Below are positions 10,935 to 23,100 of a stretch of DNA of 64,000 nt, piece by piece (the stretch's first letter is position 1; each line of letters begins with the position of its first letter). The notes under the pieces were generated by a model. That model was not told the origin of the DNA, made no database searches, and saw nothing but the letters and a program-made list of their open reading frames with translations. The stretch is from Mobula hypostoma. Taxonomy: Eukaryota. Made by a program: the position numbers and the translations under genes. The DNA lies in NCBI RefSeq assembly GCF_963921235.1, contig NC_086097.1, positions 65,474,001 through 65,538,000 of the forward strand, read 5' to 3'.

Positions 10935-13806
10935 TCAAACCCTGCCTCCCATATAACCCCCCCACCTTAAATTCCTCCATATACCTGTCTAGTAGTCTCT
11001 TAAACTTCACTAGTGTATCTGCCTCCACCACTGACTCAGGCAGTGCATTCCAAGCACCAACCACTCTCTGAGTAAAAAACCTTCCTCTAATATCCCCCCT
11101 GAACTTCCACCCCTTACCTTAAAGCCATGTCCTCTTGTATTGAGCAGTGGTGCCCTGGGGAAGAGGTGCTGGCTAGCCACTCTATCTATTCCTCTTATTA
11201 TCTTGTACACCTCTATCATGTCTCCTCTCATCCTCCTTCTCTCCAAAGAGTAAAGCCCTAGCTCCCTTCATCTCTGATCATAATGCATACTCTCTAAACC
11301 AGGCAGCATCCTGGTAAATCTCCTCTGTACCCTTTCCAATGCTTCTACATCCTTCCTATAGTGAAGCGACCAGAACTGGACACAGTACTCCAAGTGTGGC
11401 CTAACCAGAGTTTGACAGAGCTGCATCATTACATCACGACTCTTAAACTCTATCCCTCGACTTATGAAAGCTAACACTTCATAAGCTTTCTTAACTACCC
11501 TATCTACCGGTGAGGCAACTTTCAGGGATCTGTGGACATGTCCCCCAGATCCCCCTGCTCCTCCACACTTCCAAGTATCCTGCCATTTACTTTGTACTCT
11601 GCCTTGGAGTTTGTCCTTTCAAAGTGTACCACCTCACACTTCTCCAGGTTGAACTCCATCTGCCACTTCTCAGCCCACTCCTGCATCCTATCAATGTCTC
11701 TCTGCAATCTTCAACAATCCTCTACACTATCTACAACGCTACCAACCTTTGTCTCATCTGCAAACTTGCCAACTCACCCTTCTACCCCCACATTCAGGTC
11801 ATTAATAAAAATCACAAAAAGTACAGGTCCCAGAACAGATCCTTGTGGGACTAGTCACAACCCTTCAATCTGAATGTACTCCCTCCACCACGACCCTCTG
11901 CCTTCTGCAGGCAAGTCAATTCTGAATCCACCTGGCCAAACTTCCCTGGATCCCATGCCTTCTGACTTTCTGAATAAGCCTACTATGTGGAACCTTGTCA
12001 AATGCCTTACTAAAATCCAAGTAGATCATATCCACTGCACTACCCTCATCTATATGCCTGGTCACATCCTCAAAGAACTCTATCAGGCTTGTTAGACACG
12101 ATCTGCCCTTCACAAAGCCATGCTGACTGTCCCTGATCAGACCATGATTCTCTAAATGCCCATAGATCCTATCTCTAAGAATCCTTTCCAACAGTTTTCC
12201 CACCACAGACGTAAGGCTCACTGGTCTATAATTACCCGGACTATCCCTACTACCTTTTTTGAACAAAGGGACAACGTTTGCCTCCCTCCAATCCTCCGGT
12301 ACAATTCCCGTGGACAACGAGGACATAAAGATCATAGCCAGAGACTCAGCAATCTCTTCCCTCGCCTCGTGGAGCAGCCTGGGGAATACTCCCCCAGGCC
12401 CCAGGGACTTATCCATTCTAATGTATTTTAACAACTCCAACTCCTCCTCTCCCTTAATATAACATGCTCCAGCACATCAACCTCACTCATATTGACCTCA
12501 CAGTCATCAAGTTCCCCCTCACTGGTGAACACCGAAGAGAAGTATTCATTGAGGACCTCGCTCACTTCCACAGCCTCCAGGCACATCTTCCCATCTTTAT
12601 CTCTAATCGGTCCTACCTTCACTCCTGTCATCCTTTTGTTTTTCACATAATTGAAGAATGCCTTGGTGTTTTCCTTTACCCTACTCACCAAGGCCTTCTC
12701 CTGCCCCCCTTCTTGCTCTTCTCAGCCCCTCCTTAAGCTCATTTTTTGCTTCCCTATATTTCTCAATAGACCCATCTGATCCTTGCTTCCTAAACCTCAT
12801 GTATGCTGCCTTCTTCCACCTGACTAGGTTTTCCACCTCACTTGTCACCCATGGTTCCTTCACCCTACTATTCTTCATCTTCCTCACCGGGACAAATTTA
12901 CCCCTAACATCCTGCAAGAGATCTCTAAACATCGACCACATGTCCATAGTACATTTCCCTGCAAAAACATCATCCTAAATCACACCCACAAGTTCTAGCC
13001 TTTTAGCCTTATAATTTGCCTTTCCCCAATTAAAAATTTTCCTGTCCTCTCTGATTCTTACCTTTTCCATGATAAATGCTAAGGGCCAGGGAGTGGTGGT
13101 CACTGTCCTTCAGATGCTCCCCCACTGAGAGATCTGTGACCTGACCCAGTTCGTTACCTAGTAATAGATCTAGTATGGCATTCCCCCTAGTCGGCCTGTC
13201 CACATACTGTGACAGGAATCCGTCCTGGACACACTTAACAAACTCTGCCCTATCTAAACCCTTGGACCTACTCAGGTGCCAATCAATATTAGGGAAGTTA
13301 AAGTCACCCATGATAACAACCCTGTTATTTTTGCACCTTTCCAAAATCTGCCTCCCAATCTGCTCCTCTGTATCTCTGCTGCTACCAGGGGGCCTATAGA
13401 ATACTCCCAATAGAGTAACTGCTCCCTTTCTGTTCCTGATTTCCACCCATACTGACTCAAAGGTTCCTGCTGCATTATCCACCCTTTCTGTAGCTGTAAT
13501 AGTATCCCTGACCAGTAATGCCACCCCTCCTCCCCTTCCCCCCTCTCTATCCCTTTTAAAGTACTGAAATCCAGGAATATTGAGAATCCATTCCTGCCCT
13601 GGTGCCAGCCAAGTCTCTGTAATGGCCACGACAGCATAAGTCCATGTATGTATCCAAGCTCTCAGTTCACCAACTTTGTTTCCGATGCTTCTTGCATTGA
13701 GGTACACACACTTTAGGTTACTACCTTTACACCCTTTATTGTGGTTCTCTTTCTGCAAAGCCTCTCCATATGTTAGATCTGGCTTTCCTCCATGCATTTC
13801 CTTCAC
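10935..13806 (-). pseudogene. CR1 ORF2: APE endonuclease plus reverse transcriptase, with several frameshifts and stops
   Basis: YLNARSI, ITETWL, GVFYRPP, MGDFNFP, SDH (APE); NYRPVSLTS, QHGF, YLDFSKAFDKVPH (RT). Confidence 0.96.
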
Positions 13807-13841
13807 TGCTCTATTGCTCCGGGTCCCATCCCCCTTGCAAG

Positions 13842-14779
13842 TTAGTTTAAACCCTTCCGAACCATGCTAGCAAACCTACCTGCAAGGATGTTGCTCTCCC
13901 TCGCGTTCAGGTGCAACCCATCCAATCTATACAGGTCCCACCTTCCCCAGAAGAGATCCCAATGATCCAAAAATCTAAAACCCTGCTCCCTGCACCATCT
14001 ACTCAGCCACGCATTCAACTGCCATCTCCTCCAATTCTTACCATCACTGTCACATAGCACTGGCAGCAATCCTGAGAATGCCACCCTTGAGGTCCTGTTC
14101 TTCAGCCCTCTGCCTAGTTGCCGAAACTCACACTTCAGGATCTCATCCCTCTTCCTGCCTATAGCATTGGTATCAATATGTATCACGACTTCTGGTTGCT
14201 TTCCCTCTCATACCAGGATGTCGTGCACCTGGTCAGAGACATCCAAGACCCTGGCACCCGGGAGGCAACAAACCATGCGGGTGTCCTTCTCACATCCACA
14301 AAATCTCCTGCCTGCTCCCCTGACTATAGAGTCTCCAATGATGACAGCTCTCCTCTTCTATGTCCCACCCTTCTGCACCAGAGTCAGACTCAGTGCCGGA
14401 GGCCCTGCCACCGTGGCTCACACCTGGTTGGTCGTCCCCGCCAACAGTATCCAGGACGGTAAACTTATTATTCAGGGGAATGGCTACAGGGGTGCTCTGG
14501 ACTAACTGTCTGCTCACCTTCGCTTTCCCCCCTCTGACTGTCACCCAACGACCTGCTTCTGGCAGCCTCGGTGTGACTACCTCCCTGTAGCTCTCACCTA
14601 TGACTGCCTCATTCTCCCTTATGAGTTGAAGGTCATCCAGCTGCTGCTCCAGATTCCTTACACGGTCTTCCAGATTGCCCAGCCGTATGCACTTCTGGCA
14701 GATGTGACTCTGCGGGAGAGGGTCGTTCCCCCAAGACTGCCACATCTCACAAGAGGCACATCACCGTCTCAGAAGGCAT
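13842..14779 (-). pseudogene. CR1 ORF1: zinc finger / leucine zipper / SGNH esterase-like, frameshifted
   Basis: ATG at 14779; CQKC...LEDRVRNLEQQLDDLQL coiled coil; esterase blocks IHIDTN and DGLHLN. Split over several frames. Confidence 0.92.
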
Positions 14780-15873
14780 TGTAAAGATTAACTGCGAGCA
14801 AGCTTGTCCTCCGCCTCTTCTTATCGAAGCCTCTCGAGTCAAAGCCTCTACTCCTTCACTGGTCCACTCACTCACTGGCTGCTTTCCACAGGTCGTTCCG
14901 CTTGAGCTCCTCCTCTATTTATCTGTTTGAGCTTTTCAAAATGCTTGGTCACCTGACCTTGATTACCCAATCAGCTGCTTCCTGCTGAGTCTGAGCTATT
15001 CAAATGTTGATTGACTTGAACCCATGAACATTACCTCACTGGCTGCTCCTTTTGCACTGCTTATTTATTTTTCTGTATTTCTTATTGTTACAGTTTTTTA
15101 TGTATTGCACTGTACTGCTGCAAAACATTACCAACATATATCAGTAATAATAAATATGATTCTGAATTAATTGAATAATGGAACAAATCCACTCCCAGGA
15201 TGATTCCCCCTCAAATCACAACAGTGAGTCAACAATGGCCAGTTTTTAATCTTTAAAAACAAGACTAAAGAGCACAGAAAAGAGATGGGGAACATTAAGC
15301 AATAACGGATTTCGAGTTATTGACCCCATTTGCTTCTGCTGCCTTTCCGACTGTCATTCTACTTTACCTTTTAGTTTTACCTTAAAAGTTTAAGTTCAAA
15401 GTTCAATACAAATTTATAATAAGTACATTACGTTACCATATACTACCTTGAGGTTCATATTCTTCCAGGTATTTACAGGAAAATAAATACAATTTATTAA
15501 AAACTATACCTAAAGAATGACAAACAGCACTGTGCAAAAAAGACAGTGTGCAAATAAAAAATAATACTGAGAACATGAGTTGTAAAGAGTCCTTGAAAGT
15601 GAGTCAGTAGGTCGTAGAATTAGTTCAGAGTTGTGGTGAGCGAAGTTATCTACTATGGTTCATGAGCCTGATAGCTGCAGGATAATAACTGTTCCTGAAC
15701 CTGCTGTTCTGAGGCCTAAGGCATTTGTACCTCCATCCAAAGGGTAGCAGCAAGAAGATAGTATGGACTGCATAGTGGGGGTCACTGATGATTGACGCTG
15801 CGTTCTTGTGGCAGTGCTCCAAGTAAATGTGCTCAATGATGGGGAGGGTTTTGCCTGTGATGGACTGGGCTGT

Positions 15874-16284
15874 CCTCCAAGAGGACCACAACTTTGTTGT
15901 GGTTTGGAGGCTTATGTGCCTCAAAGACCCGGAGAGCTATGTTGGCTGGAGTCAGGGATTTATGCTTTGGCTCCTGGTAGTATCACCCATACCAAACAGA
16001 TCAAAGGCCAGACTAAGAGTGGTCAACCAGCCCTCCAGGTTTGAAGGCTCAGCTCAGGGCTAAACCTGACTGGTAAAACAAAACTGTTACAAAGACAGCA
16101 ATGAATAATCCTCCTGAGTGTGATGGTACTCCTGAGTCTCCACCTAGGACTTGCATGACTAACAGCAGTGAAAACCAAGAGAAAACCATTGATGTGATAA
16201 AGGAAGCCTGAACACCACCAGAGATGGAGGACCTTCCTTGCTGCCCGAGAGGCCAGAGGCATAACAGGCAGTACGTAAGTAAGA
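15874..16284 (+). mobile_element. Short non-autonomous RTE-clade derivative (5' UTR fused to 3' end, TAAG tail)
   Basis: RTE/Expander-like 5' motif gagagctatgttggc...cctggtagtatcacccataccaaacagatc; 3' end agatggaggaccttccttgctgcc...gtaagtaag; TSD actgggctgt/actgggatgt at 15864-15873 and 16285-16294. Confidence 0.75.
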
Positions 16285-16774
16285 ACTGGGATGTATCCAC
16301 CACTTTTTGTAGTCTTTTCCATTTCCAGGCATTGGGGTTCCCCTACCTGGCCATGATGCAACCAGCTAGGATACTCTCTGCTCTGCATTTGTCAAAGTTT
16401 GTCAAAGTTTTCGGTGATATGCTGAATCTACACAAACTTCAAAGAGAGGCACTTGCATTCCGCTTCTAGGACAGCTCCACTGATATATTAATTCCATGGA
16501 TTTCAAAGTTGCTGATCCTCTCCACTTCCAATCCCCTAAAAAGAACTAGCTCATGGACTTCCAGCTTCTTTCTCATGCTGTCAATAACCAACTCATTCGT
16601 TTTGCTGGCTTTGAGTGAGAGGTTGCTGTTGGGGCACCAGTCAACTACATTTTGAATCTCCCTCCTATATGCCATTTTTCACCACCTTTGATTCAAACAG
16701 TTGTGTCATTAGCAAACTTAAATACAGCACTGGAACTGTTCATGGCCACACAATTGCAAGTATAAAGTGAGTAT

Positions 16775-17037
16775 TATTAGTGTAGAGGGAGTAAGTGAGT
16801 TTATTGCTTGTTATTTATTTATTTATTTATTTATTTATTATTTCTTTATTTTTGTATTTGCAGTTTGTTCTCTTTTGCACACTGGTTCAACACCCAAGTT
16901 GGTGCAGTCTTTCATTGATTCTATTATGGTTATTATTCTATGAAGAGCTTATTGAGTATGCTTACAAGACAATGAATCTCAAGGATTTATATGCTGACAT
17001 ACATGTACTTAGATTATAAATTTACTTTGAACTTTGA
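16775..17037 (+). mobile_element. Rex1-type 3' UTR fragment inserted in the opposite-strand Rex1 copy
   Basis: Ends ataaatttactttgaactttga; same sequence as 26390-26632; tgagta flanks both sides. Confidence 0.8.
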
Positions 17038-17503
17038 GTAGAGCAGGGGGCTAAGCACACACCCTTGCTGATGGGGAGTGTGGAGAAGTCGTTGCCAATC
17101 TGTACTAACTGGGGCTTGCCAGTGAGGAAATTGAGGATTCAGTTGCACAAAAAGATAGAGGTACAGTTCTTGGAGCTTAGTGATGAATTGAGAGGATGAT
17201 AGTATTGAATGCATCCTGACATATGCATCTTCATTGTCCAGGAGTTCCAGATTTGAGTGAAGGGCCAGTGAAATGGAATCTGCTGTTGACCTGTTGTGAC
17301 AGTGGGCAAACTGGAGTAGATCCAGGTCATTCCTCAGATGGAAGCTGATGTGCTTCACTGAGTCATGGCTGAAAGAAGGCCATAATTGGGAGTTTAACAT
17401 CAAAGGATATACGTTGTATCAAAAGGACAGGCAGGAAGGCATAGGTGATGGTGCAACTCTGTTGGTAAGAGATGGAATTACATCTGTAAAAGCAGGTGAC
17501 ATC

Positions 17504-17646
17504 GAACCATAAAACCATAGAACCATAGAAACTACAGCACAGAAACAGGCCCTTTGGCCCTTCTTGGCTGTGCCGAATCATTTTCTGCCTAGTCCCACTG
17601 ACCTGCACACGGACCATATCCCTCCATACACCTCCCATCCATGTAT
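17504..17646 (-). mobile_element. Short CR1 3' end nested in CR1
   Basis: accatagaaccatagaa microsatellite followed by the acagcacagaaacaggccctttggccc hairpin region. Confidence 0.85.
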
Positions 17647-20002
17647 TGAGTCAGAGAATGTTGAATCTTGTGGGTGAAGTTAAGAAATTGCAAGGTTAAA
17701 AGAGCCATTATGGGAATCATTCATAGGCCTCCAAATAGTACCCAAAAATGTGGAGTTGAGATTGCAAAGGGAGCTGGAAAAGTCAATGTAATAATGGTCA
17801 TATCACAATTGTAATCGGAGACTTCAAAATGCAAGGGGATTGGAAGAATCTGGTTGCTGTCAGATCGCAAGAGGGGGAATTTGTTGAGTGCCTACGAGAT
17901 GGTTTTTTAGAGCAGCTTGTGCTTGAGCTTACTCAGAGAAAGGCTATTTCAGATTGGATGTTTTGTAACAACCCACATCTCATTAGGGAGCTTTATGTAA
18001 AGGAGCCCTCCAGAGGCAGTGATCATAATATGATTGAATTCATACTGCAATTTGAGAGGGAGAAGCACAAGTCACATGTATCAGTATCGCAATGCAATAA
18101 AGGGAATTACAGAGGCATGAGAGAGGATACTGGTAGGGATGACAGCAGAGCAGAGATGGCTGAAGTTTCTAGGACTAATTCACAAGGCGCAGGATAGATA
18201 TGTCCCACAGAAGTAGTAGTTCTCAAATGGCAGGGGTAGGCAAACATGGCTGACAAGGAAAGTTAAGGACTGCATCAAAGCCAAGGAAAGGGCATATAAG
18301 GTGGCAAAAGTGAGTGAGAAGTTGGATGACTGGGAAGCTTGTAAAATTCAACAGAAAGCAAGAAAAAGGTCACAAGAAGGGAAGAGATTAAATATGAGGG
18401 CAAACTAGCCAATACTATGAAGCATGATACGAAAAGTTTTTTCAGTTATGTGGAGTAAAAGGGAGGTAACAGTTGATATTAGACCATTGGAAAATGATAC
18501 TGGTGAGGTAGTAATGAGGGACAAAGAAATGACAGATGAACTTAATGGGTACTTTGCATTAGCCTTCACTATGGAAGACACTAGCAGTGTGCCAGAGTGT
18601 TAGGGAGCAGCAGTGAGGGCCATTGCTTTTCCAAAGGAAAAAGTGCCAGGCAAACTCAAAGGTCTTAAAGTGGATAAGTCACCTGGACCAGATGGACTAC
18701 ATCCCAGAGTCCTGAAAGAGGTTGCTGAAGAGATACCAGATGCATTGTTCATGATTTTTCAAGAATCACTTGATTCTGGCATGGTCCCAGAGGACTGGAC
18801 GATTGCAAATGTCACTTCACTCTTTAAGAAGGGAAGAAGGCAAAATGAATGAAATTATAGGCCAGTTAATCTAACCTCAGTGGCTGGGAAAGTGTTGGAG
18901 TCTATTATTAAGGATGAGGTTTTGGGGCACTTGGAGACCATTGATACAATAAGTCAAAGTCAGCATGATTTCCCTTAACTTTCTGTTAAGGGAAATCTTG
19001 CTTGACAAATCTGTTAGAGTTCTTCGAGGAAATAACAAGCAGGGTGGACAAAAGAGAGACAGTGTATGTCATTTACTTGGATTTCAGAAGGCCTTTGAAA
19101 AAGTGCAACATATGAGGCTGCTTAACGAGATAAAATCCTAAGGTGTTAAAAGAAAGGTACTGGCATGGATAGAGCAATGGCTGACAGGCAGGAGGCAGCA
19201 AGTTGTAATAAAAGGGGCTTTTTCTGGTTGGCAGCCAGTGACTATTGGTGTTCCTCAGGGGTCAGTATTGGGACTGCTACTTTTCACGTTGTTTGTTAAT
19301 GATTTGGATAATGGAATTGATGGCTTTGTGGCAAAGTTTTGCAGATGATACAAAGATAGGTGAAGGGGTAGATAGTGCTGAGGAAGCAATGAGATTGCAA
19401 CAGGACTTGGACAAATAGGAAGAATGTGCAAGAAAGTGGCAGACGGAATACAGTGTTGGGAAATGTATGATAATGTATTTTGATAAAAAGAACAATTGCG
19501 TGGACTACTATCTAAATGGGGAGAAAGATCAAACATCAGAGGTGCAGAGGGACTTAGAAATCCTCATGCAAGACTTCCAGGTGGTTAATTTAACGGTTGA
19601 ATCTGTGGTAAAGGCAAATGCAATGTTGGCATGTGCTGCCAGGGGAATAGAATATAAAAGCAGGGAGATAATGTTGAGGCTTTATAAGACATTAGTCAGG
19701 CTATACTTGAAGGATTGTCAACAATTTTGGGCCCCATATCTCAGAAAGGGTGTGTTGTCATTGGAGAGTGTCCAGAGGAGGTTCACGAGGATGATTCCTG
19801 GAAAGAAGGGGTTAACATATGAGGAGCGTTTGGCAGCTTTGGGCCTGTACTAACCAGAATTTAGAAGAATGAGGGCAGATCTCATTGAAACTTACCGAAT
19901 GTTGAAAGGACTATATACTGTGAATGTGGAGAGGATCTTTCCTTTGGTGGAGGTATCCAGAACTAGAGGGCACAGCCTCCAGGTTGAGGGGCGACCTTTT
20001 GG

Positions 20003-20192
20003 AAACATAGAAAACACAGAAAACCTAAAGCACAATACAGGCCCTTCGGCTCACAAAGTTGTGCCGAACCTGTCCCTACCTTTGAAATTACTAGGGTTAC
20101 CCATAGCCCTCTATTTTTCTCAACTATGTACCTATCCAAAAGTCTCTTAAAAGACCCTATCGTATCCGCCTCCACCACCGTTGCCAGCAGCC
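20003..20192 (-). mobile_element. Short CR1 3' end nested in CR1 (same subfamily as 44629-46240)
   Basis: aaacatagaaaac...cacaatacaggcccttcggc; minus ORF VEADTIGSFKRLLDRY. Confidence 0.88.
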
Positions 20193-23100
20193 CAGAGTTT
20201 AGAACAGTTAAGGGGGATTCTTTTTTTTAAGCCAGCGGGTAGCGAAACTGTGGAATGCTCTGCCACAGACTGTGGTGGAGGCCAAGTCCGTGGGTATACT
20301 TAAGGCAGAAGTTGATAGTTTCCTGATTGGTCAGGGCATCAAAGGATATGGCGAGAAAGCAGGTGTATGGGGTTGAGAGGGATCCGGGATTAGCCATGAT
20401 GGAGTGTGGGAACAGACTCAATGGGCTGAATAGTCTAATTTTGCTATGATTTATAGTTTTATCCTTCAGTTGAAACAACAAATGACAACAAACATTTAAC
20501 TCGGTACTTGTGATGAAAATACTGATTCTGTTCTGATTTTACACCTCTTCTAGATCCACTATTGTTTCATTACTTCTCCCAGAAGCAATTATTTTTTTTT
20601 AACTTTCCATCTGAACAACTGTAATTATACCTGCCTTCTACACTTCACAAAAGTTCCCTCCTCTCCTTTCTATCTGCATTGGAAAACATCCTTTTCTGGC
20701 ATTTTCCAAATGTCAGTGGTCAGAAATAACAACTATTTTTCCTTCTGCAGTTGTGTTAGATCTGCAAATATGCAAATATTTCCACTACTTTCTGGGTCAG
20801 CTTTTCAGAATAGTCAATATTTTGCTTTTGTTAGAATCTTAGAGTATGGGTCTCTTTGTGGGGGTGGGAATTGCTGGAATGTAAATTTTCAAATGTTGTT
20901 CAATTTGCTTTTAATGCAAATTGTGTGCTGCAATGGGGATCCTTGATATGTAGATGTAGCCACAATTCAGTAGGTAGTCTAATGTGAAAGGGCGATGGTC
21001 TTGATTAACACAGTGGTCACGAGGTCATTTTGGCATCAAATTCAACTTTTACATTTTCCCTGTTTGTCAGTGATGAAATAGGTCCACCTTTCCTTTGTTG
21101 TCTTGCCAGGAATTTCAATGGATCTCTCTCAGCCAAGATATCCAGCTCCTTTATTTCAAATGCTACTTCATCTGGAATCTGAAAGGGTGGTAGTCATATA
21201 GTGCAAGAATGTTCTTAAACCAGGCAATTATATTTGTTATTTTTCCTCCCCCCAAGAGTTTCTAAATATCAGAGCATCTGATCATATCCACCAGGCTTTC
21301 ATCTTAAAAGTACTTCTTTTTCTATTTATCTAACATAACTGAGAGACAATTGTTTACCTAAGCATGTGGCGAATCAGTGTTATTTAAATCCTATTGGTTA
21401 AAATAAGTCTCCTAATAGGGAGTTTCTGGAGATCATTTGATGAAAATTGTTATAATGTTTATGAGTGTTTGTACTTATAAAGACTGTTAGTAACCAGTCT
21501 TTATAACAGTTTGGAAATCCCTATAATTACATGATAATGGGACATGATTTGATCACCAACACCAAGAGGCATAATATTATATATTGTAATAACATTAGAA
21601 TGTGGAGACAAATTTATTTTTTAAATATGTTGATATATATCTGAATATTCAATTTGTGTTCTTCATAGAATATCTCCACTGTTCATACTTTAAAATGAGA
21701 GCAAAATGTCCATTTTGCAACACAAAATGTCAAATTAAATTTTTTGTGAAAAAGTGTTTCCCTCCATCTATGCTATTTGCTACAATGGGGATCTACTGGA
21801 AAAGTTTTTCTATTCAAAATTATTAATTTTTATCACTAATTTATATTAACAAAAGACCTTAAAAAGAATTAATAAGGAATTTTATAATGTCCATTTTTTC
21901 CAAAAATGAAATCAACTGTAATGAAATTTAACAGTAATGCTCCTGCAAATATCATTACATTAGGTATAAAATCACAAGATGCAAGTACATAATAATCTCA
22001 AACCTAAAGCAGCAAAATAAAGTGATAGGCAGGAATGTTAAAATTAAATTGTATTAACAGAGTCTGGGGAAAAAAAAGGCCCAAATAGATAGAGATTCAT
22101 AAAAAAAGTCCACAAATGAGGCAGTTTTGGATTTAATGTGTGCGAATAATTAGGCCTTATATCGTTCAATTCACATTAGATAAGCACTTTGTACACTGAT
22201 GTATTATTTCTGTGTGGTATCCACAAACTTGAATATATAAACATGCCTTTCTTTTTCCTTTGCCATAAGTGCATTGCACTAATTTATATCTTGGAAGGAA
22301 CTTTTCTTTTATGGACTGAAATAAGGTTGCAAAGTCAGTGGAAATACTCATTTCAACATTTCTTTATGCAAACAAAATATATCCTCTCTAAGCTCACTTA
22401 CATATCTGCTCATTCTATAACTTAAACAAGGGATGGTGAAATTTCTGAACTGATACTATCAACAAAATAAACAAGGTACTCTGAATTACATCAAAGCTTA
22501 TTTATAATGTGTTTAGCAAACTGCAATGGAAACAGGAAAATAATGCCCTGATTTTCTAAACTGTTCAACATCTGCTTTTACTTAATGTCAATTTTTGATA
22601 ACATTGAGAAGTTTCCATGCATTTTTGTGGAAAAATTCTATATACTTTCTCCATTTCTCAAAAATTATTTGTACAAACATTTTATACATTTGATGTAGAC
22701 CATTCAGCATTTATGATCTCATGATCACTTTGCCAAATACAGGATGTTTTACAAAAAGCAGTACTGAAACACCAGTCTAAACTCAGATTTAAGAAAACAC
22801 AATTACTACAATCATAATCATCTGAAGTTTTTGTTTAATATAAAAGTGGAAAAAGCCTCAGTATATATCTACTGATCATTCAGTCTAAAAGTCACCTAAA
22901 CTGCCTTTAAGCTAACTGGCCATATGCTGACACTCATCCATCAAATCTCAAGTTCACTAATAAATGCCAATTATGGGTCAAATATTCACAAACGTGGATA
23001 GCATAAACCATAGGATCATTTCCTTCCATGGAAATTAGTGATCAGTGAAACACCCAAGCAGTGTAAACTGCACAGACTGCCCTACAGCAAACACTCTTCT

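Larger units (their letters stand above)
10876..15015 (-). mobile_element. Near full-length CR1 LINE (5' UTR, ORF1, ORF2, 3' UTR ending in TTCTATG repeats), inactivated
   Basis: Ordered ORF1 (zinc finger, coiled coil, esterase), APE and RT fragments on the minus strand. The 3' microsatellite reads catagaa on plus. catgaacat occurs at both junctions (10874-10882, 15023-15031). Confidence 0.97.
15395..17355 (-). mobile_element. Rex1/Babar-type LINE 3' half, hosting two nested insertions (15874-16284 and about 16775-17037)
   Basis: Minus ORFs HNRSTADSISLALHS, QGCVLSPLLYS, YRREIQNVVDWC and IISDPHYAVHTIFLLLPFG...RFRNSYYPAAIRLMN. Tail (TTTGAAC)n at about 15395-15410. Confidence 0.88.
17356..20462 (+). 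mobile_element. Older CR1 subfamily, 5'-truncated (APE to 3' end), many stops
   Basis: GSDHNMIEF, KSPGPDGLHPRVLKE, DFQKAF and LESVQRRFTRMIPG motifs in order. Confidence 0.95.

Noticed and set aside
11510..12978. Multiple plus-strand ORFs over the CR1 (also 59.4-62.5 kb)
   Set aside because: Antisense shadows of CR1 ORF2/ORF1, repeated in each copy.
18503..18522. let-7-like seed tgaggtagta
   Set aside because: Lies within CR1 ORF2 with no precursor hairpin.
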